DNA from: Patescibacteria group bacterium
GTDB taxonomy: Bacteria > Patescibacteriota > Patescibacteriia > Patescibacteriales > UBA12465
Reading direction: 5' to 3'
NCBI GenBank assembly: GCA_041651095.1
Contig: JBAZJV010000003.1
Span: 80,293-144,292, forward strand
DNA: 64,000 nt
Shown in pieces: positions 26,918-36,749 of this stretch (position 1 is its first letter; each line of letters begins with the position of its first letter). The notes under the pieces are model-generated. The model was not told the origin of the DNA. It saw only the letters and a list, made by a program, of their open reading frames with translations, and made no database searches. The position numbers were made by a program, and so were the translations under genes.

Positions 26918-27625
26918 TTATTTAGCGGCGGCGGTCAGGTCAATTTCCAGCTTGACGACCTGATCTACGTTGGACAAGAAAGGAAAATCAGGAATCTTTA
27001 AGCCGAAGTCGCCGTAAGTCAGGTCAGTAGTCGCGCTGCCGACCAGGCTGCCGTCCTGACGCCAGGTGATGCCACCGACGAAAGTAACCGGTCTGGTGGT
27101 GCCGGAAATAGTCAGGTTGCCTTCTATCCGGACTGGGAAGCCCTGATCGGGCGTCAAGATTTCCGGCACACCGCTAACTTGGGTCGGCTGGAAGACGATA
27201 TATTTATTCTGGGGTTCGTTGGCTTTGAAAATCAGCTCGACGACGTTCTTATCGCGCGCGGCAATATCGGTCACGAAGCTGGCAGCATCCAGCTTGATTT
27301 CGCCGATTTTTATTGCCGCCGGGCGGTCGGTCTTGACGCCGATTTCGCCGGCCAGCTGCGAAGTGCTGCCGACCACTAAAGTCGGCGTGCCGCGCAGCAA
27401 CTCATTCATACTATACTGAGCCTTGGATTGTTCAGGAATAATGCTTAACACCTTCATGCCCGATTCGGCTGCCAGAGACGAAGGAGTGATAGCGGCCATC
27501 TCGTTGGCTGCCGGCATCGTCCCGTCAGCGCCGCTGACCGCGGCATTGTTCGTGGCCGCCTGGTGGCCGCAACCGGCCAAGAACACCAGACCGACGAATA
27601 ATATAGGAAAAAATATTTTTTTCAT
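26918..27625 (-). CDS. YceI-family lipoprotein
   Basis: Lipobox FLAGC after the signal peptide. YceI-like GNLTISGTTRPVTF and a C-terminal beta pattern. Confidence 0.65.
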   Translation of the reverse strand: MKKIFFPILFVGLVFLAGCGHQAATNNAAVSGADGTMPAANEMAAITPSSLAAESGMKVLSIIPEQSKAQYSMNELLRGTPTLVVGSTSQLAGEIGVKTDRPAAIKIGEIKLDAASFVTDIAARDKNVVELIFKANEPQNKYIVFQPTQVSGVPEILTPDQGFPVRIEGNLTISGTTRPVTFVGGITWRQDGSLVGSATTDLTYGDFGLKIPDFPFLSNVDQVVKLEIDLTAAAK

Positions 27626-27723
27626 ATAGTTTTATTAAGCTTAAAGCTTAAATAAGTTAATTAAGTAAATAACAATATAGCAAATAATACAGGCGGCCGC
27701 AAGCGGGCGGCGTACCGGCTTGA

Positions 27724-30396
27724 TTAACGATCTCTATGCCGGACGTAAAATTTCCTGATTTCTTCAATGATGACAATTGAAAAAGCGATGGGAACGATCA
27801 TCAGCCAATCCGAGAGACTGAGGGCGCTCGTCCGCAAGATCTGTTGCAGCCAAGGATGATAGACCGCCAAGAGCTGCAAGCCGATAACTACGGCCGTTGC
27901 CGCTACCAGGAACTTATTGGCGAAAGGATTCATTCGGAAAATAGATTGTTTTTCCGACCGGCAATTCCAGGCGTTGAACCATTGGAACACGGCCAAAAGA
28001 GTCAAGGAGAGGGTCCGAGCCCGATTAAGGTCGCCAGGGTAATTATGCTTGAACAGCCAGACAGTAGCAATGGCCATCGGCAGGGCCATTAGCAGCATCC
28101 GATGAGCCATGATTTTATCAATTAACGATCTTTGGGATTTGCCGAATTTGCCGTGCAAGAGGTCGGGATCCTTCGGCTCCATGCCGAGAGAAACATCCAG
28201 GAAACTGTCGGTCACGACATTAAGCCAAATAATCTGAGCCGCCGTGATAGGCAAGGGATAGCCGAGCAGCAAAGCGGCGCTTATAGCCATAACTTCCCCC
28301 AAATTGGTGGAAAAAAGATAAAGGATAACCTTCTTGATCGTCTGATAGATATTACGGCCTTCTTCGACCGCGGCGACAATACTGCCGAAATCATCATCCA
28401 TCAGGATGATATCAGCAGCTTCTTTGGCTACTTCAGTGCCAATACGACCCATAGCCACCCCCAAATCGGCAGCGACGAGCGACGGAGCATCATTTACTCC
28501 GTCGCCGGTCATCGCCACGATTTCGCCCCGCGCCCGGAAAGCTTTGATAATGATTAATTTATGATTCGGATTGACGCGGGCGAAGACGGAGGTGCGGCTC
28601 AATTTCTTTGATAACTCCTTTTCCGACAGGCGGTCGATATCTTCGCCGGTCAGGATATTGTCGCCGTCATGGTAAATGCCGGCCTCTTTTGCTATGGCCC
28701 GGGCAGTTACCCGGTGGTCGCCGGTAATCATAACCACTCGGATGCCGGCTTCCGCCGCCTTGACCATGGCGCTTTTTACTTCGCCGCGCAGCGCGTCCTG
28801 CATGGCATAAAACCCGAGAAAATCCAAAGCTCCGACCTTTTCCGGCGATAATCCTGTCGGCACCTCGGCTTGAACGGCAAAAGCGATTACCCGCAAGCCC
28901 GCTCGCGAGAAACGCAGGAAAATCTCTTCCAGTTCATGTCGTTCCGTATCGCCTAATGGGAAGCTTTGTCCGTCCCGCCGAACTCGCGTCGCCAGGCCCA
29001 AGATGACTTCCGGCGCACCGACTACGGCCATCACCCGTTCTTTTTCCTGTTGGTAAATGACGGCATGATATTTCAGGCGATAGTCAAAAGGCATTTCAGA
29101 TAAAATCGGATCGCTTTGTTCTAATTTATCCTTATGAAAACCTAGTTTTTTGGAAAAAACCAGGAGCGCCGCTTCGGTCGGGTCGCCGGCTACCCGCCAG
29201 AGCTGGTCGGCTTCGGAAAATACTACCCGGGCACTCGCGCAATAAGAAGCGATCCGGCCGGCCAGGAGCAGCTCGGGACGGCTGACCGGGTCTATCGACT
29301 GACCATTCAGGCTTATTTGTCCGCGCGGTTCATAGCCGATGCCGCTGACTTCATATAAATGCCCGTCGACAAAAACCTTTTTAACCACTAATTCATTTTT
29401 AGTTATCGTGCCGGTCTTGTCTACGGCAATCACCCTGGCCTGGCCTAAAGCATCGACCGCTTGCAATTTTTTGACTAAGGCCTGGCGCTTGCTCATCCGC
29501 CAGACGCCCGTCGCCAAGATAAGGGTGACGACTATCGGCAAGCCTTCCGGTACCATTGAAACCGCCAAGGAAACTACGGTCGCGAACATTTCAACGGCCG
29601 GTTTTCCGGTTGATATGCCCCAGACGGAAAGGATCGTACAGATCAGGCAGACGGCCATAACTATCCAGCGGGACAAATAAGCGATATTCGCCTGTAGCGG
29701 CGTATCCGTATCTATGGCCGCGATCTGCTTGGCGATCCGGCCGATAACCGTTTCCGAACCAGTAGCAACGACGACAGCCAAGCCGTGACCAGCGACCAGA
29801 TTGGTTCCCTTAAAGACCATATTCTTCTGGTCGGCCGGCGAATTAGCCCGATGCTTTAACACAAATTCATTTTTCGGAACCGGTAATGATTCGCCGGTCA
29901 TGGCGGCCTCATCAGCCTTCAGGCCGTTAGAAACCAAAACGCGCGCGTCAGCTGGTACCTTTTCTCCTTCCGAGAGGATAATAATATCACCAGGTACGAT
30001 TTCCGTGCTCAGCATGATTAATTCCCGGCCCTCGCGCCGGACCGTCGTTCGGGTTTCCACAAATTTCCGCAAGGCCTGCAAGGTATTCTGAGCCTTCCCT
30101 TCTTGGATGGTCCCCAATACGGCGTTGAATAATAAAATGGCGAGAATGATGTATCCATCAATATTCTCGCCTAAAATAAACAGAATAATGCCGGAAATCA
30201 ATAGGATGTAGATCAGCGGGCTCCGGAATTGGCGCAGGAAAATAATGGGCAGACTGTCTACTTTAGCTGCCGGCAGACGGTTTAGCCCGTGTTCCTGGCG
30301 GCGCTTATTCGCTTCAGCCGTACTTAAGCCTTGTTCGCTGGTGCGTAAATCCCGCAAAACGCTGTCAATTGATTGGTTAGCCCAAGATTTATCCAT
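27724..30396 (-). CDS. cation-translocating P-type ATPase (P2, Ca2+-type)
   Basis: TGES, PEGLP, DKTGTITKN, MITGDH, TGDGVNDAPSL. Confidence 0.9.
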   Translation of the reverse strand: MDKSWANQSIDSVLRDLRTSEQGLSTAEANKRRQEHGLNRLPAAKVDSLPIIFLRQFRSPLIYILLISGIILFILGENIDGYIILAILLFNAVLGTIQEGKAQNTLQALRKFVETRTTVRREGRELIMLSTEIVPGDIIILSEGEKVPADARVLVSNGLKADEAAMTGESLPVPKNEFVLKHRANSPADQKNMVFKGTNLVAGHGLAVVVATGSETVIGRIAKQIAAIDTDTPLQANIAYLSRWIVMAVCLICTILSVWGISTGKPAVEMFATVVSLAVSMVPEGLPIVVTLILATGVWRMSKRQALVKKLQAVDALGQARVIAVDKTGTITKNELVVKKVFVDGHLYEVSGIGYEPRGQISLNGQSIDPVSRPELLLAGRIASYCASARVVFSEADQLWRVAGDPTEAALLVFSKKLGFHKDKLEQSDPILSEMPFDYRLKYHAVIYQQEKERVMAVVGAPEVILGLATRVRRDGQSFPLGDTERHELEEIFLRFSRAGLRVIAFAVQAEVPTGLSPEKVGALDFLGFYAMQDALRGEVKSAMVKAAEAGIRVVMITGDHRVTARAIAKEAGIYHDGDNILTGEDIDRLSEKELSKKLSRTSVFARVNPNHKLIIIKAFRARGEIVAMTGDGVNDAPSLVAADLGVAMGRIGTEVAKEAADIILMDDDFGSIVAAVEEGRNIYQTIKKVILYLFSTNLGEVMAISAALLLGYPLPITAAQIIWLNVVTDSFLDVSLGMEPKDPDLLHGKFGKSQRSLIDKIMAHRMLLMALPMAIATVWLFKHNYPGDLNRARTLSLTLLAVFQWFNAWNCRSEKQSIFRMNPFANKFLVAATAVVIGLQLLAVYHPWLQQILRTSALSLSDWLMIVPIAFSIVIIEEIRKFYVRHRDR

Positions 30397-30400
30397 ATGT

Positions 30401-31357
30401 TTAGCCGCGACTGATTAAATAAGCGATATAAGAAACATAAGCCAGAACAAAAATTGCGCCCTGCCAACGGTCAATCATATGCCGACGGCCGATAAAGAGC
30501 GCCAGGAACAGGGCCATAGAAGCCGCGACGCCAACCAAAACGTCGACGTTAACCAGCGGATTGAAGGGCAGCGGCAGAATCAGGCTAGTCGCGCCAAGGA
30601 TCCAGAAGACATTAAAAATATTGGAACCGACGACGTTACCGATGGCGATATCGTTGTGGCCGTGATAGGTTGCCACTACCGAGGTAACAAGTTCCGGCAA
30701 AGAGGTGCCGACAGCCACAATGGTCAGACCGATAAGCGCTTCCGACATACCGGCCAGTTTGGCCAGGACGACCGCGCTATCTACCACCAATTTGCCGCCG
30801 CCGACCAAGGACAGCAGGCCGCCAATGGTCAAAGCTATGGAAACCAAAATCGAATATTCCCGGACTTTTTCTGATCCGGCGCCGGCCGCCTTGGCGATCC
30901 CGAAGGTATAGAAAATGAAGATAGCAAACATCGCGAGCAAGGCGAGGCCGTCCGTCCGCGTGATGGCATTAAAGGCCATGCCGTCAATCCAGCTATCGTT
31001 TCCCATGATAAATACCAGAATTATAGCCAATAAAGCGAAAGGGATTTCTTTATGAGCGGTGCCGGAGCTGACCTTCAAAGGCTTGACCAAAGCGGCGACG
31101 CCCAAAATCAATAAAATATTGGCGATATTGCTGCCAATAATATTGCCGATCGCGATATCGGCGCTACCGTGGTAGGCTGAATAAATATTAACGAATAATT
31201 CCGGCGCGGAAGTACCAAAGGCAACCACGGTCAAACCGATAACCAATGCTGATATGCCTAATTTCTTGGCCAGCGAGGCTGAACCGCGAACCAATATTTC
31301 CGCTCCGAAAATTAAGATCCCCAAACCGATCGCTAATAGCAAAATAGCGCTAGTCAT
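30401..31357 (-). CDS. Ca2+/Na+ (CaCA/YrbG-type) antiporter
   Basis: Two alpha-repeats, GNIIGSNIANILLILG and GNVVGSNIFNVFWILG. Confidence 0.85.
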   Translation of the reverse strand: MTSAILLLAIGLGILIFGAEILVRGSASLAKKLGISALVIGLTVVAFGTSAPELFVNIYSAYHGSADIAIGNIIGSNIANILLILGVAALVKPLKVSSGTAHKEIPFALLAIILVFIMGNDSWIDGMAFNAITRTDGLALLAMFAIFIFYTFGIAKAAGAGSEKVREYSILVSIALTIGGLLSLVGGGKLVVDSAVVLAKLAGMSEALIGLTIVAVGTSLPELVTSVVATYHGHNDIAIGNVVGSNIFNVFWILGATSLILPLPFNPLVNVDVLVGVAASMALFLALFIGRRHMIDRWQGAIFVLAYVSYIAYLISRG

Positions 31358-31361
31358 AGGA

Positions 31362-32735
31362 TTATTTTTGTTTATTTAATAGCCAAGTCAAGATCGGCGG
31401 CGTTAACAAGGTACTGAGAATGACCATGATGACGATGACCGAGAACATGCTCTCGCTGATCACGCCCAAGGATTTGCCGATCATGGCGAAAATCAAGCCG
31501 ACTTCACCCCGCGGAATCATACCGATGCCGACAATCCACTTATTAACTTTGCCGGCGGCTACGCCAGCTAATATTTTACCGACAAAAGCCGCCACGGTAA
31601 GCCCTAAGGCGATGATGAGTATGGGCAGATTAGCCAACAAATCCAAGCGGACATCGAAACCGGTCATCACGAAGAAGATTGGCACCAAAAAATAGCCGAG
31701 CGGTTCGATCAGCTCTTCAATATGTTTTTCCGCATGTTTTTCCGTCGCGGCCTGGATTTTTTCTTTGGTTCCCGCAGTCTCTGTTTCCGCCAGTTGTTTT
31801 AATTCGCTGATCAAGCCATGATCTTTAAAATAACGGAAATGAGTTGCGTCTAAGACCAGTCCGGCGGCAAAAGCTCCGACAATCGGAGCCAGGCCGATTT
31901 TTTCGGCAAAAAAAGCAAGAATCAGACCGATGGACAAAGCTAAGGTGAACTTCATGCCCGCGCCAGTATGGATCTTTGAAAACAGCCAGCCTAAACGCGG
32001 AGCGGCCAAGCTACCGACAATGATGGCGGCGGCCAAAAAAATGAAAGCTTTGGCCGTAATCAATAATATACTTATCAAGCTAACCGATCCCGCGGTGACA
32101 ACCGCGCTGACTACCGCCAGAATTATCAAACCAAGGACATCATCGATTACGGCTGCGCCTAAAACAATCTGCGCTTCATTAGTCTGTAATTTGCCCAAAT
32201 CTTTAAAAACCCTGGCTGTAATTCCGACTGAGGTGGCGGTCAGAGCTGCGCCCAGGAATAGATAGGCATTAAACGGTTGGTTGGGCATCAGCCAAGGGCC
32301 GATCCAAAACGCGCCGATGACAAAAGGCAGCACCACGCCGATACAGGCGACAAAAAAAGCGCGCAGGCCTACCTTCTTCATGCTGGCGATGTTAGATTCC
32401 AAACCGATTTGGAACAATAAAATGACAACGCCTAATTCCGCCAAAAACTTAATCAATTCGTTGCCCCGCAAAGGCTCCAGCCAGTCGATGCCTAATAAAT
32501 ACAAATTACCCAGCAATACGCCGATCAATATTTCACCCAGAACCGCCGGTTGGCCGAACCGCTCTAATAAAGAGGCGGCTTTAGCGGCCAAGAGAATGAC
32601 TGCAATCCAAAATAGAACAGTTCCGAAGCTCAGAATGTGCGAGCCTTCAGCGGATCCGAGGTTTGAGGCGTAAGCCATTACCGGCAAAAGAATGCCTCCC
32701 AAAATAAGATACGGCTTGATTTTTTTCCACAACAT
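31362..32735 (-). CDS. monovalent cation:proton antiporter (CPA2 family)
   Basis: 12-13 TM Na+/H+-exchanger-like profile (GEILIGVLLG..., IPRGEVGLIFA). Confidence 0.75.
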   Translation of the reverse strand: MLWKKIKPYLILGGILLPVMAYASNLGSAEGSHILSFGTVLFWIAVILLAAKAASLLERFGQPAVLGEILIGVLLGNLYLLGIDWLEPLRGNELIKFLAELGVVILLFQIGLESNIASMKKVGLRAFFVACIGVVLPFVIGAFWIGPWLMPNQPFNAYLFLGAALTATSVGITARVFKDLGKLQTNEAQIVLGAAVIDDVLGLIILAVVSAVVTAGSVSLISILLITAKAFIFLAAAIIVGSLAAPRLGWLFSKIHTGAGMKFTLALSIGLILAFFAEKIGLAPIVGAFAAGLVLDATHFRYFKDHGLISELKQLAETETAGTKEKIQAATEKHAEKHIEELIEPLGYFLVPIFFVMTGFDVRLDLLANLPILIIALGLTVAAFVGKILAGVAAGKVNKWIVGIGMIPRGEVGLIFAMIGKSLGVISESMFSVIVIMVILSTLLTPPILTWLLNKQK

Positions 32736-32763
32736 AATAATTTTTAATTTTTATTATGACTAT

Positions 32764-32792
32764 ATTATAGCGAATAATCACGGAAATTCCAA
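32764..32792 (-). promoter_or_regulatory. sigma70-type promoter for the cation-transporter operon
   Basis: The minus strand reads TTGGAA-N17-TATAAT, about 30 nt upstream of the ATG at 32735. Confidence 0.45.
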
Positions 32793-32826
32793 AAATCCGA
32801 CACGGCCGCCCTATCCGGCTTTTGTC

Positions 32827-33387
32827 TCAGTGCCCTCTTGGGCTGATGGGGCGGAGACGCCCCAGGGCGAAATAGGCTACAATACCGGCCGCAATCATGA
32901 CATTCAATGACTTATTGATGCCATACATCGGTATTTCTACCACCGCGTCCGAAGCCTTTTGCGCGATTTTGCTCAAGCCGTAGGTTTCGTTGCCGAAAAC
33001 GAAAGCCAGCGGCAAATCATAATTGAAACGACGATAGTCGATTGAGGCGCGACACTGCTCCACGGCCACGACCCGCAAGCCGGGCAGCTGACGCAAATCA
33101 GCGATGGCGGCGAGTGCCGTTTCCTTATATTCCCAGGGCAGGAACTTGTCCGTCCCGACCGCCGCCTTCCGGATCTTGCTGTTCGGCGGCGTGGCCGTCG
33201 CGCCGCAGAGATAGATCTTCTTGGCGCCGATAGCGTCAGCCAGCCGAAAAAAGCCGCCGATATTATAAGTATCCAATACGTCTTCCAAGACCAGATAAAT
33301 ATCCGAACGTTTGATCTGGCGGCTGAGCCGTTCGGCCGCCTCCGGATCAATAGTCCGTAATTTTTTGGAATTTAAACGCCTGGTCAT
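32827..33387 (-). CDS. TrmH/SpoU-family RNA 2'-O-methyltransferase
   Basis: YLVLEDVLDTYNIGGFFRLADAIGA and the C-terminal knot motif IPMYGINKSLNV. Confidence 0.8.
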   Translation of the reverse strand: MTRRLNSKKLRTIDPEAAERLSRQIKRSDIYLVLEDVLDTYNIGGFFRLADAIGAKKIYLCGATATPPNSKIRKAAVGTDKFLPWEYKETALAAIADLRQLPGLRVVAVEQCRASIDYRRFNYDLPLAFVFGNETYGLSKIAQKASDAVVEIPMYGINKSLNVMIAAGIVAYFALGRLRPISPRGH

Positions 33388-33393
33388 CGTTTT

Positions 33394-34218
33394 TTATAAT
33401 TTAGGCCCGCCAGCCGGCCGGCTCTTGATGGTATAAGTCAAAAGAAAGATCGCCAACATAATAATGACAATCATGCCGCCGGCCGACAAATCGAAATAGA
33501 AAGCCGAAACGATGCCGGTAACGACGGAAAACAAGGAAAACAGTTCGGCATAAAGTATGGTCGCGCCGAAGCTTTGTCTCAGCTGCAGAGCGGCGACGAC
33601 CGGTATCACGATCATGGCCGCAATCAGCAATACGCCGATAATCGGGATGGACAAGGCGATAGTAACGGCGGCCAAGATGATCAGGATCAGATTGATACGC
33701 TTGGTCGGCAGGCCGCTAACCTGGGCGGACTCCTCGTCAAAAGTGATATAGACTAATTCCTTATATAAAAAGCCGAGAACCGCGACGACGATGACCGCTA
33801 GAATTGACATCAGGGCGACATCGGCCGCGGTAACGGTCACGATGCTGCCGAAAAGATAATTCAGCAAATTGGTGTTGAACCCGCGCCCCACGCTTAAGAT
33901 TATGACGGCGAGCGCCAGGCTGCCGGACAAGAACAGGGCGAGAGCCGATTCGCCGTAAATCCGCCGTGAAGTCCTTAGCTTCTCAATTCCCAGCGAGGCC
34001 AAGACAGCGGCGGCCAAGGCGCCCAGTAATGGATTGACGCCTAAAAGCAGCCCGCCGGCGATACCCAGCAAGGAAACGTGTGATAAAGTATCGGCGATCA
34101 AAGAATAACGGCGTAAAACCAAAAAGGCGCCGATTAGCGGCGCGATCGCCCCGATGATCAGCCCGGCGGCCAGACCCCGCACCATGAAGCCATATTGGAA
34201 GATATCGAGGATGGACAT
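33394..34218 (-). CDS. znuB: metal (Zn/Mn) ABC transporter permease (ABC-3)
   Basis: ABC-3 family TM profile. Lies in the operon with the ATPase, SBP and Zur. Confidence 0.8.
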   Translation of the reverse strand: MSILDIFQYGFMVRGLAAGLIIGAIAPLIGAFLVLRRYSLIADTLSHVSLLGIAGGLLLGVNPLLGALAAAVLASLGIEKLRTSRRIYGESALALFLSGSLALAVIILSVGRGFNTNLLNYLFGSIVTVTAADVALMSILAVIVVAVLGFLYKELVYITFDEESAQVSGLPTKRINLILIILAAVTIALSIPIIGVLLIAAMIVIPVVAALQLRQSFGATILYAELFSLFSVVTGIVSAFYFDLSAGGMIVIIMLAIFLLTYTIKSRPAGGPKL

Positions 34219-34219
34219 A

Positions 34220-34990
34220 TTAATGATGATGATAATGGGAAAGGAATCTCAAATTCTGACCCAGGATGTCGCCGGATTCGCTTTCCTTGATGAATTCGGC
34301 CGGCGAAGCATGGCAAACCAGGGTCTGGTTTAAACAGGCGATATGCATGGCCTCGGCCAGGATCCGCTCGATGTCGTGCGAAACCAAAATCAAAGTCAGG
34401 CCTTCCTGCCGGTTCAGTTCCCGCAATAAAGCATAAATTTCCTCCTGGCTGGCCTGATCGATGCCGGTTACCGGTTCATCCAAAAAAAGCAGGCGCGGCT
34501 CGCCGGCTAGGGCCCGGGCGAGAAATACGCGCTGCTGCTGGCCGCCCGACAAATCGCCGATCAGGCGGTCCTTAAACGACCATAGCCCGACCCGCTCCAA
34601 GGCTAAGCGTGCCTGCTTCTTATCTTCCAGAGAATATGGACGGCCCAGACCGCGCTGCGCCGCGCGCCCCATTAAGACGACTTCTTCCACCTTGATCGGA
34701 AAATTAACATCGAAACCGGTGGCTTTCTGGGGCACATAGCTGATTTTTGACCAATCCTTACATTTTGATAATTCCCGGCCGAAAAACCGAATTTCCCCGC
34801 TATCCGGTACCAATAAACCGAGAATCAGCTTTAATAAAGTGGTCTTGCCCGCGCCGTTAGGTCCGACCAAGCCTAAATAATCCCCCTGATGAATATTCAA
34901 AGAAACATCCCGCAAGACCTGATTATGACCATAGGAAAAAGAGACATTCTTTATTTCAATGATGTTTTGGCTATGGTTGACTATTGGCAT
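34220..34990 (-). CDS. znuC: metal ABC transporter ATP-binding protein
   Basis: GPNGAGKTTL, LSGGQQQRVFLARAL, LLFLDEP; His-rich C-terminus SHYHHH. Confidence 0.85.
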   Translation of the reverse strand: MPIVNHSQNIIEIKNVSFSYGHNQVLRDVSLNIHQGDYLGLVGPNGAGKTTLLKLILGLLVPDSGEIRFFGRELSKCKDWSKISYVPQKATGFDVNFPIKVEEVVLMGRAAQRGLGRPYSLEDKKQARLALERVGLWSFKDRLIGDLSGGQQQRVFLARALAGEPRLLFLDEPVTGIDQASQEEIYALLRELNRQEGLTLILVSHDIERILAEAMHIACLNQTLVCHASPAEFIKESESGDILGQNLRFLSHYHHH

Positions 34991-35904
34991 TGCAAAGCGA
35001 TTCTTAAATTATCCAAATTATCTTGCATGACCGTGAAATAATCCCGGCCGCGCGCGATATCGGCGTCGACCAATCCCTCCAAGGGATCAAGGACCAGGGT
35101 TGCGGCGCCCGCTTCCTGAGCGATCATGGCTGACAGCGCCGGGCTCGCCAGGCGCTCAAAAAAAATATGCTTGATCTGCTTGTCCTTAATGGAATTGACG
35201 AGTTCCGCCAGCTGGGCGGGCGACGGTTCGACGTCAGGAGATAAGCCAGTTATCGCCAGCGGCTGCAGATTATAAGCTTGGGCCAGATAATGGAAGGCGG
35301 CATGCGAGGTAACGATATTACTCAGCCGGCAATGGGCTAGACCTTGCCGGTATCGGACGTCAAGGTCGGCTAACCTGGTCTTTAATGCCGCGGCCCGCTT
35401 TTCATAGTAGTCCTGATTGGCCTTATCGGCCCTAATGAAGCCGTCTCTGATATTATCCACCATTTTGACGGCTAAAACCGGGCTTAGCCAGACATGCGGG
35501 TCAGCCCTTTCTTGCCCCTCTTCCCCGATTTGCCAATCAGCCAGTCCGGCGCTGGCGACTACCATGCTCTGCCGCGAGTCGAGATTTGCCGCCAGATTAT
35601 CGCCCCAGCTTTCTAAGCCGGCGCCGTTTAGCACTACCAGGTCGCTATTTTCTATTCTGATCAAATCCTGGGCCGTGGGTTCATAATCGTGCGCCTCAAC
35701 GCCTGCCGGAGTGATGTTTTTGACTTGCGCCCGGTCGCCTCCGATTTCCCGGGAAAAAAAATAAACCGGATAGACGCTGGCTGTTACTGTTAAACGGCCA
35801 TGGGAATCGCCGGCCGGCCGCTTATCCGGCCGCTGCATGAGCCAGTAAACGGCGATGATTAGAAACAGGGTCGCCATCGCCCCTAGCCATATTCTTTTAC
35901 TCAT
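34981..35904 (-). CDS. znuA: metal ABC transporter substrate-binding protein (ZnuA/TroA cluster 9)
   Basis: N-terminal anchor, HDYEPT and DPHVWLSP metal-ligand motifs. Confidence 0.8.
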   Translation of the reverse strand: MSKRIWLGAMATLFLIIAVYWLMQRPDKRPAGDSHGRLTVTASVYPVYFFSREIGGDRAQVKNITPAGVEAHDYEPTAQDLIRIENSDLVVLNGAGLESWGDNLAANLDSRQSMVVASAGLADWQIGEEGQERADPHVWLSPVLAVKMVDNIRDGFIRADKANQDYYEKRAAALKTRLADLDVRYRQGLAHCRLSNIVTSHAAFHYLAQAYNLQPLAITGLSPDVEPSPAQLAELVNSIKDKQIKHIFFERLASPALSAMIAQEAGAATLVLDPLEGLVDADIARGRDYFTVMQDNLDNLRIALQCQ

Positions 35905-35908
35905 ATAT

Positions 35909-36283
35909 TTAACGGCATTTAGGGCACAGCCCGGTCAAAGTCAATTGGTGGCTGACCTGGCTGAAATGTGGAAAGCGACCCAGATCGTGGGTGCATTCGA
36001 CTTTTTCCAAATAGCCGCAGTTCCGGCAAATGATGTGGTGATGGGCCGGAGCGGCCAGACAATAGTGTTTTTCCTGACCGATTACTTCCACGTTCACCAA
36101 GTCCAGCTCCTCCAGGAGATGCAAGGCACGATAGACGGACGCCCGATTAACGCCTTTGATTTGCTGGTACAGGGCTTGGGCGGAAAACGGCTGTTTGGCC
36201 GCTATTAATTTCTGCCAGACGGCCCATCGCGGTCCGGTCAATTTATGGCCGGCCCGGGCCAGCCGCTCTTTAAGTTTCTCCAT
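35909..36283 (-). CDS. zur: Fur-family regulator, probable Zur
   Basis: Winged helix (SVYRALHLLEELDLV), HHHIIC, CRNCG...CPKC structural Zn site. Heads the znu operon. Confidence 0.75.
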   Translation of the reverse strand: MEKLKERLARAGHKLTGPRWAVWQKLIAAKQPFSAQALYQQIKGVNRASVYRALHLLEELDLVNVEVIGQEKHYCLAAPAHHHIICRNCGYLEKVECTHDLGRFPHFSQVSHQLTLTGLCPKCR

Positions 36284-36292
36284 ATGGATGGC

Positions 36293-36321
36293 AGTCTAGC
36301 ATAATTGCGAACCATTCGCAA
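36293..36321 (-). promoter_or_regulatory. candidate zur-znu promoter
   Basis: The minus strand reads TTGCGA-N17-TAGACT. The -10 ends about 9 nt before the ATG. Confidence 0.4.
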
Positions 36322-36322
36322 T
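36304..36322. promoter_or_regulatory. perfect 8-3-8 palindrome, candidate Zur operator
   Basis: ATTGCGAA-cca-TTCGCAAT. Overlaps the proposed -35 and spacer, 21-39 bp upstream of the zur ATG. Confidence 0.55.
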
Positions 36323-36352
36323 AGTCGGCAATCACCATCCGGACTAGCCGGG

Positions 36353-36386
36353 TTTTAAAAGCCGGTTCGGAGGGTGAACCGGCCTT
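36353..36386 (-). terminator. intrinsic terminator after the zinc-ribbon gene
   Basis: GCCGGTTC / GAACCGGC stem followed by TTTT on the minus strand. Confidence 0.55.
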
Positions 36387-36419
36387 AAGCGAGCTGATGA
36401 TATTAACCCAGGATTACTT

Positions 36420-36725
36420 TTATAACTTTCCCATCGCCGCCTGGAATTCTTCGTCGGTAGCCAGGTCGCCGTTCAATGATTCGCAGGCATGGGCTTGCCA
36501 GTATGGCAAACGGCTCATGTTTTTCCTGGTCACCCTTTCCGCCAGAGCGCGATCCGCGGCCAAACTATTCATAAAAAATTCCACTCCGCCGGCAAAAATT
36601 TCTTCCCCTGATTTAAGGCGGCCGGCGGCGTCGGTGCAATAAGCGCAAAATTCGGAATTTTCATCTCCTAAGGCAAAATCTTCTCGTTTTTCCAGCGGCA
36701 TGCCGCAAGTAGCGCAATGTTTCAT
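36420..36725 (-). CDS. putative zinc-ribbon domain protein
   Basis: N-terminal CATCG...CAYC four-Cys ribbon followed by a helical domain. Confidence 0.55.
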   Translation of the reverse strand: MKHCATCGMPLEKREDFALGDENSEFCAYCTDAAGRLKSGEEIFAGGVEFFMNSLAADRALAERVTRKNMSRLPYWQAHACESLNGDLATDEEFQAAMGKL

Positions 36726-36749
36726 ACTTTTATTAATTTAATTAGCTAA

